Assembly: GCF_009914755.1 (NCBI RefSeq)
Contig: NC_060947.1
Strand: one strand, 5' to 3'
Length of the DNA: 64,000 nucleotides
Origin: the human T2T-CHM13v2.0 reference genome, Homo sapiens
The translations under genes were made by a program, and so were the position numbers. Of the stretch, positions 17,061-37,599 are shown piece by piece. The notes under the pieces were generated by a model. It saw nothing but the letters and a program-made list of their open reading frames with translations, was not told the DNA's origin and made no database searches. Within the stretch, counting starts at the first letter, position 1, and each line of letters begins with the position of its first letter.

Positions 17061-17622
17061 AGAAATTTTCCATTCGTGGTTGGTTGAATCCACGGATGCA
17101 AAATCCACAGATATGGAGGGCTAACTGTGTTTCTTCTGAGTCTTCCGCAGCAGACTGCATAGTGCTAGGCATATAGGAGTAAGTAAATACACACTAATGC
17201 GTTGACTAGTTGATAATTGGGTCAGGGACCCTAAGCAATCCTCTGGAAGCAGACTGGCACTAGGAGGACCTGGAATGGCAAAGCTTAGGAATGCTTCATT
17301 TGCAAGAGACAGTTTCCTTAGGATAAAACAAGGGCAACGGAAGCAAGCACCAGGAGCTCTTTAGTGTTTCCATCTTACATGATGTCTTGAGAACTCTGTA
17401 ACACCTCTGTGCAGAAGAGAGCAAGTCTTTGACTCAGTGACTCAAATGAGGAAGAAGTTGTCATTGGATGTCACTAGTGTCAACGGCGTCCATCCTCCTG
17501 AGTATACAAGATATAAACAGGTCTCCTCTGAGAGAAGCAGCAGTGAGCAGGTGAGGCCCCAGCATTTGGCTGTGGACAAGCCTATTGCCTGGCCCTCAGA
17601 GAACTGTGGGTTCTGGATGGGG

Positions 17623-17765
17623 TGTGTGTGTGTGTGCACACGTGCGTGTGCATGCATGTGTGCACATGTGCGTGTGCATGCATGTGTGCACACGTGCGTG
17701 TGCATGCATGTTTGTGCGTGTGCATGCATGTTTGCACGCGTGCATGTGCATGTGTGTGTGCACAC
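17623..17765. repeat. Alternating purine-pyrimidine minisatellite (~26-bp unit)
   Basis: Unit TGTGTGCACA(C/T)GTGCGTGTGCATGCA occurs three times, followed by degenerate copies. Confidence 0.9.
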
Positions 17766-18086
17766 CTCTGGAATCTGCTCAGACCTTTGAAACAGTTCAG
17801 CTGTTAAGGCAGAAACTTCCCAAGAGATGTCAGAGAAACCAGTGTGGATCATTATCTGATAATTACTAAATATTAGCTTGAGTGAAGGTTAAAGGGGTTC
17901 TGCCGAGAACTCCTCTAGGCTACAATCTCTCTTAGAGTTCTGAACCTTCCATTCACTGACCTATACAAAGTGGCAGGGAGAAGGGAATCTTGCTGATCTA
18001 TGGGAAAAAAAATTGCCCCCAAATAATTATTATGTACCTCAATGGCAAGTTATGATCCAACATCTCTAAAACATGTACATACAGTG

Positions 18087-18405
18087 GGCCAGGCGCGGTG
18101 GCTCACGCCTGTAATTACCAGCACTTTGGGAGGCCGAGGTGGGTGGATCACCTGAGGTCAGGAGTTCGAGACCAGCCTAGCCAACATGGCAAAACTCCTT
18201 CTCTACTAAAAACACAAAAAAATAGCCAGGCATGGTGACGGGCGCCTGTAATCCCAGCTACTTGGGAGGCTGAAGCAGGAGAATTGTTTGAACCAGGGGG
18301 CGGAGATTGCAGTGAACTGAGATTGTGCCGTTGCACTCCAGCCTGGGCAACAGAGCAAGATTCTGTCTCAAAAAAAAAGAAAAGAAAAAAAAAAAAAAGA
18401 AAAAG
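18087..18405 (+). mobile_element. AluSx-like
   Basis: Full dimer with A-tail. Confidence 0.92.
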
Positions 18406-20176
18406 GTATGCACAGTGAGGTCAGGAACACATACATGAAAATAAGTCTGTCTATTCTAGCATAATGTAGTAAGGGTGCCTGGGTTTAAATACTGGTAACT
18501 CCTTTTAAGAACTGGGTGACCTTTGGTAAGTTGCTTAACCCCCCTGACCACTTCAGTTTTCTCATGTATAAAATAGGATAATATAGTACCTCATTCATAA
18601 GGTTACTGTAATGATTGAGATCATACATGAAAACCAGTTAAAACACTGCCAGGCACATCAACAAATGCTAGTTATTGTTATTTATTTCTTTATTCCTGTC
18701 TTGTTTTAAAAATCACAGAATTAAGACTATTTACATTTGCATTGCATTTGTAGCAATTAACAGTGTGCTATTTGAGCTGAAAATTATTTTTGCAGGGGGA
18801 CAGAAAAGAGACAGTGTTAGTAATTTCAGTCGCTGTCTTCTACTTCATGCTGTTTTCTTAACAAGCTTTATAGAGAAGCACTTCTTACGTGATTCCCAAA
18901 TATAGGCCTAATCTCGACCAAGCACGACTCTCACTCCTAAATCATTCCAGTCTAGAAAACAAGTCACGAATTCATTTTCTTCCACTTTTGTTCAATTTTG
19001 CCAAACCCATTAATCAATGAAAAACATAAATCATCTAACTCTTCAGAATTCAACTGCTGTTAATACTCAGCCAACTCTAAGCATAACTTAATCCCGGGCT
19101 GAGAGGAGCTGTGCATATTTTTACCATAAGCCTATAGGGGACAAGTCTGAATGTGATAATCTAGACCAAGAAAATAATTACCATAGCATGATTTAACCCC
19201 AAAGAGATCAAAATAATTATAATATCATGATTTAACCCCAAAGAGAAAAAACTTCCAAAGCCTAAACTGGCTCTTCCTCAGTGGGTCTCTGGCCTCCCTC
19301 AGCTCCCATAGTTCTAAAAAAGGGAACATTAGCCTATGATGTGTATGATCTCATTTTGAAAAAAAAAAAAGTTTCATACTTATCAGTGAGTTTCACTTCT
19401 GAATTAACAGAAAATATGGTTATTACATTTAAATATTCTGAATATGTATATGTCTTTTATTTTGAGTTGCTTTTTCTATAATATTGTTTGTGCTTAAATT
19501 GTGAACAACTGAAATATTAATGGATGAAAAGGAATGTTTAATTAACTTACTTTTATCAGACACCAAGTCAACTTCTATATTTAGCAACTGAACTAATAGA
19601 GAAGGCTGCTGCAGAGTTAGTCAGCACATCAGCCTGTTAAATATCAAAGAGCAGAGGAGGCCTTTTGTCTCAGCATTGAACCAGAGACTGAAAATGCATT
19701 TAATTTTAGCATTTCCAGAGGAGGAAAAAAAGATATAAAACAAGATAATCAGGAAAAATGTCACGCACCGCCTAAGTACACGTTTGTCAAATGAAAAATG
19801 CCAGGAGGGTGGCAGCCTAAGTAAGAGGTCTGCCCGGAAACCAGAATTCATCCTCACAAGTGAATTCTTTAAAATAATTTACCGTTAAAACAGCCAAGGC
19901 TCCCATCTCTGCTAAAAGAGGTCCCAGGGAGTAGTAGAGTATTGAGTAGGTGGCGGGTTTTTTTTCCAGAAGCAGTTTCATGTGGTCTACTTTAGCATTT
20001 AAGGACTCAGAGGGTGTCATCAGTGCAATTGATGGGAAGGATTAGAAGAATGAAAGAAAAGCTTTCTTTTAAGAGTGAGCTTTTATTTTCTTAAGATTGT
20101 TTTATGTTGAGAATGTATATCCAGGTACAGGTGGCAGGGAGGAAGAAGTAGGCAAGATGGGTACCCTTCAAGATAG

Positions 20177-20840
<664 letters not shown>

Positions 20841-21708
20841 TCAATCCTAATATATTTTAAAGGTTTTGTTGTATTATGAAGGTAAATTGCACATTATTAA
20901 TAAACAAAGCATAAAGAGAAGGAAGCTTGAGCTTTGATCAGCCATGATAATATCTTTAATTTATTTTGGTATTCCAAGAAACTGTGCCAGTGCTTGCCAC
21001 ATAGTGAGTCCCAATAAATATGTGTTGAATAAATGACAAATAGTTTCACATCAAGAAGGTGAAGTGAGCATATGCCTAATTCTCCCCACATTATTTCAAA
21101 CACATAGGAATGATCTAGAAGGTCTTGAAGATATTTAAAAGTACATAACCGTCAACTGTGAGAGGAAAACTGAAAATTGTCACAGTCCAGAACAGAGACA
21201 GAAACTAAGAGTGGAGAGCTAGGAGCAGTCTAGGATAGGGCTTCAAGTCCATGGGGGAAATTCCGCCAAACTTGCCCAGTATGTGGTAGGAGGCTGGCAC
21301 CAGGATCTCTGTGTGAAAGCAAGGTTTACAGCTGTGCTTCCCACCTGGTCTGCCTCCCACTAGGATTGGACCAGAATCTCCTGCTTGTCTGAAGCAGCAG
21401 CTGAGGCAGAAAACTCAAGCTAACATAAGACCTATGCCTGGTTTGTGCCATCTGAGTGTGGGCATTGGAACTGCTACATCTTACAGGAAGAAGCCCTGAT
21501 CTGAGCTTTTGCTAACTCAAGGAGCCAGGACTGGGAGAACCGAGAAACCACCTCCAAGGGGATGGGCATGCAAAAGAAAATTCCCATAGAAAATTAGGTC
21601 CCAAACAAAACGATAACATCTATGGGGAAGTTGGGCACCACAAAAAGTGGCCAGAGACCCAATATCTGAGGATATGAAAATAACGGAATAACCTAAAAAG
21701 GACTTTCA

Positions 21709-22043
<335 letters not shown>

Positions 22044-22599
22044 CCCTCCAAATTTTAAATTAAAATTCAATTTAATTTAATTTAAATCTTGTGTTTGCAA
22101 GTTGTGAAATACTATATATAGTATTCTACCTTTTGTATAAGAAAGTAGCTAATATCTGCAAAATATATTTTGCAGGAAGGATAAGCCAGACATTAAGGAA
22201 GTTGATGACCCAAAAGGAATGGGTGGGAATGGGATGTGAAAGAAAGCAATGGCACTTCTCTAAGTATATTTTTGTATATTTTGTCCTTTAATTATGTTAA
22301 TATTTTACATATTCAAAAATAAAACTGAATATGAGAAAAAATGAAAATGCAATATAAACAAATAACTGCATATCACACTGAAGATGTAATTATGCAGTAG
22401 AATAAAAAGAATTCGTCCACTAACTTTTGACACAGCAATCTCATTGTGCACATTCAATAAGATATATTATATAGATAAAAATAATGGCAAAGCAACCTTG
22501 AACATGTTAGTGGTTTATTATTGATGTCAACACTGCTGCTGTAGCAATTTGAAGCCATTTTGTGTATCACTGGACTCAGCAAATGAGTAAATAGGCTGA

Positions 22600-23341
<742 letters not shown>

Positions 23342-24075
23342 GGCCTCATGATTTTAAAATGTACTTCTGTCTAGTAAAAGGGCCTAGAATCAATGACATC
23401 CCAATGGCAGTGAGCACACAGCACCTAGTTCTTGTACAGTAGTCCTCCCTTATCTGTGGTTTCATTTTTTGTGGTGTCAGTTACCCACAGTCAACCACAG
23501 CCCAAAAATATTAAATGGAAAATTCCAGGAATAAACAAACCATAAGCTTTAAATTGTTCTGAGTAGCATGATGAAATCTTGCACAGTCCTGCTTTATCCC
23601 TCCCAGGACATGAATCATCCCTTTGTCCAGGATGTTCATGCTGTGGTTACTACCTGCCTGTGCCGGTTATCAGATTGAATGATATAGTTTGTACAGGGTT
23701 TGGTACTATCTGTGGTTTCAGGCATCCACTGGAAGTCTTGGAATGTAGCCCCTGAGGATAAGGGAATGTTACCCAAACACCAGGGGTTTGGTCTAGGTAC
23801 TGCTGCTCACCACACAGAGAACCAATCACTGAGATGATGATTATTGCCAAGGAAGAAGGCTTTAATTGGGTGCTGCAGCTGAGGAAATGAGAGCTCAGTC
23901 TCAAATCCATCTCCCAGACCAACAAAAACTAGGGGTTTATACAGCAGGCAAGAAATGTAACAATGAGTAAGAAAACAGAAACTAGGGAGGGGCCAGGAAG
24001 CAATCATGATGAATAAGGGGTCCGACATCTCATTGTCTCCAGGTGGTGATGTGGTGAGTTTCAGTTCTTTGATAC

Positions 24076-25046
<971 letters not shown>

Positions 25047-25094
25047 CTATGGGGCTATTGGGTTGGTTTCAGGGGGACTACTATATTCTGAATA

Positions 25095-25718
25095 CCACCT
25101 GCCTCAGGTGGGGGTCTCTGGAAACAGAAGCTGTGATGGAGTATAAAGTACAAGATGTTTACTAGAGATCAACCAATGTATACCTATGGAAGGACCGAAG
25201 GAAGCAGGACTGAGAAGAGAAAGATGAACTGTGTTGCGGACCTCAACCAACCCAGCAGGGCGCTCTGGTACAAGTATTTTGTCCCAATAGAGTGTCCCAA
25301 ATGGGGCTGAAAAGCCAGGCCTTTTACTTCTGTCTCAATCACTAGACGTAGGTGGCCCCGGAAGGGCATGCACCTAAGTGAAAGTGTTTTGCAGCTGAGG
25401 CAGACATTGAAGGAGCAGACAGCTGGAGGCTGCCCGCTGACCACACTCCCGATAGATAGGCAGCAAGCCCTTTCTACTTAAAATTTAATTTAATTTAATT
25501 TTATTGTTGTTGTTGTTTAGAGATGGAGTCTCACTAGGTCATCCAGACTGGAGTGCAGTGGCACAATCCTATTTCACTGCAGGCATGACCTCCAGGACTC
25601 AAGTGATCCTCCCACCTCAGCTTCCCAAGTGGTTGGGACAATAGGCGTGTACCACCATGCTCAGCTTCAAATTCTTTCTTAAGATGATCTGGGTGGCACA
25701 TGTTCATGTCTAAAACAC
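25095..25718. mobile_element. Old MaLR (MLT1-like) LTR with an Alu monomer inserted at ~25500-25667
   Basis: MLT1-type motifs GGGTCTCTGGAAACAGA and GATCTGGGTGGCACAT. Confidence 0.5.
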
Positions 25719-25858
25719 TGTTCCCACTCAAAGGAACTAGATCTCCTTAGAGAAGTGGCTGATTCCATGTCCAGGGCAAGGGAAGAACAAAGTGCGTCTG
25801 GAACATCTGGTAATGTGAGGAAGCAAGGAATACTCGAAAATCGATAAGACTCATGTTA

Positions 25859-26611
<753 letters not shown>

Positions 26612-26701
26612 TCATGGGTCCATACTGATACTGTAGAAAAAAGTTCAAAAAAGGATAGGGGAGAAGAAAAAGATCTTTTCTTTTTCTTTTTTTTTTTTTC
26701 A

Positions 26702-26805
26702 GGCCAAATGGGTAAGATGCCAACGTCATAACAAGGTTCAAGGGTGGCACATCTCACACATGTGCATGAACACCCAATCTTCATGCTCATGAACTACAAA
26801 AAGAT
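26702..26805 (-). pseudogene. U13 (SNORD13) snoRNA retropseudogene
   Basis: The minus strand reads ATCTTTTTGTAGTTCATGAGCATGAAGATTGGGTGTTCATG...GTGAGATGTGCCACCCTTGAACCTTGTTATGACG, matching U13; poly-A tail; TSD GAAAAAG(A)(T)CT-like. Confidence 0.9.
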
Positions 26806-26987
26806 TGAAAAAGCTCTTCTTTATAGGAGAAATCCAACTAATAAATGTAGGATAAATGACAAAAATAGAAAAGCATTATTTTATAACCACCATAGTTAAC
26901 TGATTCAAGCAAAAATCATCAATGAATGCTGAAACTATCAGGTGAAAACATACTGAGAAATAGAATATTTACACCCTCTCAAAATGT

Positions 26988-27808
26988 TGTTGAAATGGGA
27001 AAAGTTCCCTTATCCCTCTCACAGAGCGTGCGATGGAGGTGTGGCTCGCTTCTTCGGTGCCTCACTGCTCAAACTTCTAGGAGAGCATGCAGATGGGCAG
27101 GTTGTGGGGCTCCGACCCCACGGCAGTGGCTAGGAGCGAATGTTCACAGCTCCTGAAGCCCCAGTGGGCGTGTATTACAGGATGCTCTTTTAGTTTGCCA
27201 TCTATAGGCGACCTGTGCTAGCTCAATTAGACCCCCTTCTTTATCATAAGGACAGAGGGATTTCTGTATCCTGGGGTTTCTTGCCTTGGTGTACCAGAAG
27301 AACCGGATCACAAGTGAGCTTGGAGAATGAATGCAAGGTTTTATTGAGTGGAAGTAGCTCTCAGCAGATGGGGGAGCCAGAAGGGAGAAAGTTTTCCCCT
27401 GGAGTCAAGCTGCTCAGTGGCCTGGGTTCTCCTCCAACCACCCTGACCAAACTCTATGTCATTCCGCCAGTTGAAGGCCTGCCGGCGTGCCAGCATCTGT
27501 CTTGTGCTCTTCCACTGGCGTGCTCCCCTCGACATCCTCTCAACGTCCAGTCACTTGTGTCTTCTTCTGCCAACGTGTTCCTTTCAAAGTCCAGCCACTT
27601 GTGTGCCTGCCTGTTAGGGTCTCGGGGTTTTATAGGCACAGGATGGGGGTGTGGCAGGCCAGGGGGGTCTTGGGAAACGCAATATTTAGGCAGGAAAACA
27701 GATATGCCAGTCCTCACCTAGGTCTGTGGACACAGGCCTGGGGGTGGAGCCCTAGCCAGGGACCACGCCCTTCCCTTCCCAGCACTTCCCTGCCCCCCTT
27801 CCATATCA
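26988..27808 (-). mobile_element. ERV1 solo LTR, MER52/LTR27/LTR28 group
   Basis: The minus strand begins TGATATGGAAGGGGGGCAGGGAAGTGCTGGGAAGGGAAGGGCGTGGTCCC, has a TATAAAA and an AATAAA, and ends in CA. Confidence 0.75.
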
Positions 27809-28179
27809 TTACTTCACAGATTACCTATTAATTCTAAGGCTAAAGGAAACTCTTACAATGGAGAAGTCTGATAGAAGCCACCTGAACTCAGTGATCAAAC
27901 CTCACATTAACAATAATGGGACAAGGTGGCATTATGTGCCCTCTGATGTGGTGCACTAAGAAATATACAACATCACTTCTGTTGTATTCCTGCCAAAAAT
28001 GGGAACGGTCACAAATCCAAATTGAGGGACATTCTGGGTGAAAACAAACAAACAAAAAAACTAACCTGAGCTCTTCAAAATGTCAATATCACAAGAACCA
28101 CCTCACCCCAAAAAAACAGCTTGGAAATATTCTAGATCAAAGAAGGCTAAAGAGACTTGACAATAGTGTGATGTTTGGT

Positions 28180-28421
28180 TCTTTTTTTTTTTTTTCACTG
28201 ATGCCTCAAATTCCTAGTTCAAGGGAACCTCCTGCCTCAGCCTTCTGAGTAGCTAGGACCACAGGTGTGCACCACCACATCCAGCTAATTTTTAAAATTT
28301 TTGTAGAGATGAGTTTTTGTCATGTTGACCAGGCTGGTCTCAAACTTTTGGGCTCAAGAGATCCTCACGTCTTAGCCTCCCAAAGTGCTGCGATTACAGG
28401 CATGAGTCACTGTGCCTGGCC
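28180..28421 (-). mobile_element. AluJ with an internal deletion
   Basis: Diverged antisense Alu with part of the right arm missing. Confidence 0.8.
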
Positions 28422-29114
28422 AATCCTTGATTACATTTTGGATTTTAAAATGCTATGAAGTATATTATTGGAACAACTGTGAAAATTTGATTTCAGATGT
28501 AAATTTGATATTATATCAATGTTAAATTTTCCAAGTATGATTATTATACTATGGTTATGTAGGCATATGCCTTTGTTTTTAAGAGATACATGAAGTATTT
28601 AGGGATGAAGTGTCGTATCATCCAGAACTACAACTATCAAATAGCTCATCAATAGATAGGTATCGACATACACACAAATAAAGCAAATGTGAAAAATATC
28701 AACAATTGATGAATGTAGGTAAAGGGTATATAGGTTTTTATTATGCTATTCTTGCAATGTTTCTGAAGGTTTGAAATATTTCAAAATAAAAGTTGACAAA
28801 AAACAAAAGTGCAAACAAAAACAATTTTCCAGAGATTAAAAAATATAAAATAGAATACATAAAACAATAATAATGATTATTAAACAGGAGCCTGCAATAA
28901 GAAATCCATTGGAAAGAAAGAAAAAAGTTGGATAAAGAATAGAAAATACAGCAAAATCAACAAAAGTTGTTTCTTTGAAAATATCAACAAAATTGACAAT
29001 CCTTCAGTTACGACGACCAGAAAAAAAAAAATTGAGGACTCAAATTACTAAAATCAGAAATAAAAGAAGAAAGTGTATTATTACTGACCTTACAGAAATT
29101 AAAAGAATTATATG

Positions 29115-31053
<1,939 letters not shown>

Positions 31054-31274
31054 CTAAAGATAATCCATCGTACTTGTGTAAAAATGGGAATGTCAAGATG
31101 GAAAGGTGGAGAAACAATCTAACGTTTCCTGAACACCTACTATCTGTCTGATGTTGTGCTAGGTTCATTACATGTGGTATGTAATTTAATTTCATTCTCA
31201 CAATAATCCTGTTACTTAGATAATACTAGACCTGAATTGCAGATGTAGAAACTGAGATAAGGTAAATTAAGTCA

Positions 31275-32985
<1,711 letters not shown>

Positions 32986-33210
32986 AGTTTATAACTTACC
33001 CTGGGCCACACCACCAACCAAGGCCAAGCTTAGACTTGAACCCATGTTTGCAAGATTCCAAGACTCCAAGACTCATGGTGCTTAGACTATACCTGAGGGA
33101 GATAAAGGATGCTATGAATGTTGGTCTTAATTATTAACTCCATTCTGCTTAGAAATAATTTATTTGGTTGTCTAATATGAGCAAGGCCCTGTGCTTGGTG
33201 CCACTAGGTA

Positions 33211-33240
33211 TTAGGTTGGTGCAAAAGTAATTGCGGTTTT
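33211..33240 (+). mobile_element. Hsmar1/MADE1 solo terminal inverted repeat
   Basis: TA + TTAGGTTGGTGCAAAAGTAATTGCGGTTTT matches the Hsmar1 TIR. Confidence 0.88.
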
Positions 33241-33396
33241 AATACGCAATAGTGAGTAAGCATTTTACTTACCCTCAAGAAGCTGAAAACTTTACATGAG
33301 AGATAAGCTGCCTTCATAAAATCTTTAATATAAGATTAAGTGTAATAAGGGCAAGAGACATTTATGATACGTACTACAGAAAAAGAGAGAGAAGAG

Positions 33397-33595
33397 AGGC
33401 ATGGTGGTGCATGCCTCTGGTCCCAGCTATTCAGGAGGCTGAGGTGGGAGGATCACTTGAGCCTGGGAGGCTGAAGTTGCAGCGAGCCGAGATCGCGCCA
33501 CTGAACTCCAACTGGGTGACAGAGTGAGACCCCGTCTCAAAAAAAAAAAAAAAAAAAAAAAAGCAAAGAAAAGAAAAAGAGAGAGAGAGAGACAG
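33397..33595 (+). mobile_element. Alu right monomer (AluJ/FRAM-like)
   Basis: Single arm with an A/GA tail. Confidence 0.85.
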
Positions 33596-33789
33596 AAGGG
33601 TTTGAGCAGGTTCCAACATCAGATAGACAGATCTTTGTAAAACAGGTAAAATTTGGACTGTGGTAGAAATGGGTGAAAGAAGGTAGAGAGAATTCATTCA
33701 CCCATCCCTCCATTCACCCAAGAACCATTAATCAGAGACATAGCAACCAAATGTAATAAATGGGCCTTTAAAATTCGTGGCTGGCACAA

Positions 33790-34980
<1,191 letters not shown>

Positions 34981-35055
34981 GATTATTTCTTGACATGGAA
35001 AGATGCTTATCATTAAACAGATTACCAGGTCGCCAAAATAGAAATTGTTTGTATC

Positions 35056-35265
35056 AGGGGTCAACAAACATTTCCTGTGAAGAACCAGTAAATATCTTCA
35101 GCTTCGTGGGCCATATGATCTCTGTCACAACTACTCTGTTCTACTGTTGTACTGAGGAAGTAACCACAGATAATATGTAAACAAATGAATGTACTTGTGT
35201 TCCAATAACACTTTATTTCTTGACACTGAAATGTGAATTTCATATGAATTTTACATGTCACAAAA
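35056..35265 (+). mobile_element. MER58-like (hAT-Charlie)
   Basis: CAGGGGTCAACAAAC...GGGCCATATGATCTCTGTCACAACTACTC...GTTCCAATAACACTTTATT. Confidence 0.75.
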
Positions 35266-35659
35266 AATACCCTGCTTGAAATAAATGAACTGTAAAAACA
35301 TTTGGGAGACATCTGGAGAATTCAGAATCCTGACTGGGTATTTTTTGGTATTAAGAAATTTTCGCTAACTGTTCCTAGGTGTGATGATGATATTGTTCTT
35401 ATGTTCTAAAAAGGAGAAAAGCATCTTTATCTTTTAGCCATATGCACTTAAGTATTTCTGGATGGAATGATATGATGTTTTGCATTTGATTTAAAATAAT
35501 CCGGTGTATGTGTGTTGGAGGGAATTGGTAGGAGAACTACAATTAAAACAAAATAAATCATGTGTTGATAATTTCTGAAGTTGGGTGTTGGGTGCATGGA
35601 AGTTCATTACATTATTTTCTCTATTATGTATATGTTTATATTTCACCACAATGAGTTTT

Positions 35660-35882
<223 letters not shown>

Positions 35883-37599
35883 TATTATAATTTAATGCTT
35901 ACCATGTTCCAAGAAACTGGAAGTATAAACAAGGAAAATACATTGCTTGCCCTCAAGGAGCTTATGATCTGCTGGGGAAAACAGACACATGAAATGACCA
36001 GGTATGTCACGATTACCTATCGGCATGAACCAAATGACCAAATGCCACGGGAGAACTGGATTCTGCCTGAGTTGGTCAGGAACGGCTTCAAAGAGACGGT
36101 GAGGTTTCACTATTTCAGAAGTAGAATTTCTAGGACTTGATGACCTACGGGATGTGAAAAAGATGGAGTCAAAAGTAATAGCTTTTACTTTGCCCACGTG
36201 GGTGGGTGGTGTGCCATTAATGGAAACAGGAAATACGGGGGGGGGCGGGGAGGGGGCGGGAAGAAATAGATCAGGGTGGGGGCAGGCAGGGGAGAGTTCA
36301 GCCTTGGACCTACAGGAAGTTGTTGAAACTGCTCTAGGCAGAAGGTTACTTAGTTACCGCAGTAACTAAGGTTTCAAGAGGGGAATGCACAGGATGTTTT
36401 TGGAGATCCTTCTAGATCCCGGACTAAGAGCCTACAGGCTGGGGAGAGGCAGGAGGTAAGGCTGGCTGGAGAAGTAGATGTGTTCTCTGAGAGCTGTTTT
36501 GGGCTCCACCATTGACAGGACACGTGATGATCATGAAATGGAGCCACTGTTTCCCTGTGGATTCCATTGACAAAGTCAGATGAAGGTCTTAGCACCACTT
36601 TGGGGGAAAAATAACTAACCTGAAAGAAGCAGCCACTTTGGATGACTGTAATAAAAGTGATGAACAGTCTTTTTTCATTGTTTTGGAAGTGGAGTATACA
36701 GGTTTGGATTGTGGGCTCTGGAAATATGCTGCTTGGTTTTAAATCCTGGTTCCAAGGTTGCTTAAGCCTCGGTTTCCTCATCTGTAAAGTATCTCATATA
36801 AGAGTAAATAAAATGATGTATGCAAACTGTCCATTACATAATACATTTTCAATAACTTAGAATTATTAGTTCTAATGGTACTTTTTGAAGAGAATGTAAA
36901 GGACTTGATTACTTTGTGTGCTGATAAATGCTCCATATTTCCTTCCAAGGAAATTCTTGGAAATTCTTGCTTAAATTCTATTGAAATTGAAGGCCGTTTT
37001 CCTCGTGCTCTGTTCCTTGGAAAGGCAAGAAGGAAGAATGAATAAAGGAAGAGGGAGAAAGGAAGGAGTCTTGAGAAGAATGAATCACAACTAACACTGA
37101 TTGAATGCCAAAGAATAGCCAGAAGTTTCCCTGAAAGAGGGTGCTCTGTCCAGAGCCTTCCATCATGGGTGCCTCTTGGCTGTTTCTTTTGGGCTGGGCT
37201 GTTTCTTTGGGCTGGTATGGGGTGGGGAGTTGTCTGTGGCCAAGCTAATTGTTCAATGCCTTTCCATGATGGAGTGGGGGCAGATTGGCTTCCTCTTCTC
37301 CTAGGCAGTGTAGCGGGACTTCTCTTGCCATCTAGAAGGACCAAACTTCAGTGCTTCTGAGGGCTTAGAAGGGGAAAAGAGAAAGCCCAGGCCCCTGGTG
37401 CTAGGAGCAGAGAAGGGTACTTTGTAAGCGCTTATGCTGCTGGTTCTCTGGTAAGGGAGACCACTAGCCAGTTTGTGCGACATGGGGCAAATAGGAATCA
37501 TGAGGATCTATTTGCTAGATCTGTGTATACCACACCATCCCTACACCCGCCCCTGTCATCATCATCTACCTCCATGGTCTTCTGTACAGTGAAGAATGA

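Larger units (their letters stand above)
15966..17127 (+). mobile_element. MER2 (TcMar-Tigger) interrupted by an AluJ and an LTR
   Basis: Start CAGTTGTC...GATTGGTTCCAGGACC; end GGTTGGTTGAATCCACGGATGCAAAATCCACAGATATGGAGGGCTAACTG. Confidence 0.8.

Noticed and set aside
17437-17869. Cys/His/Val-rich ORFs resembling metal-binding proteins
   Set aside because: They are an artefact of the TG/CA minisatellite.
19171-19246. Direct repeat CATGATTTAACCCCAAAGAGA with a short spacer (CRISPR-like look)
   Set aside because: There are only two copies, the spacer is itself part of a 39-bp tandem unit, the context is eukaryotic, and there are no cas genes.
27215-27831. 168-aa and 114-aa ORFs
   Set aside because: They lie almost entirely within a solo ERV1 LTR and show no gag/pol/env similarity.
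36374-37344. 135-aa and 188-aa minus-strand ORFs upstream of the promoter
   Set aside because: They have no recognisable domain or splice structure, partly overlap L2/MIR-like sequence, and their lengths are compatible with chance.
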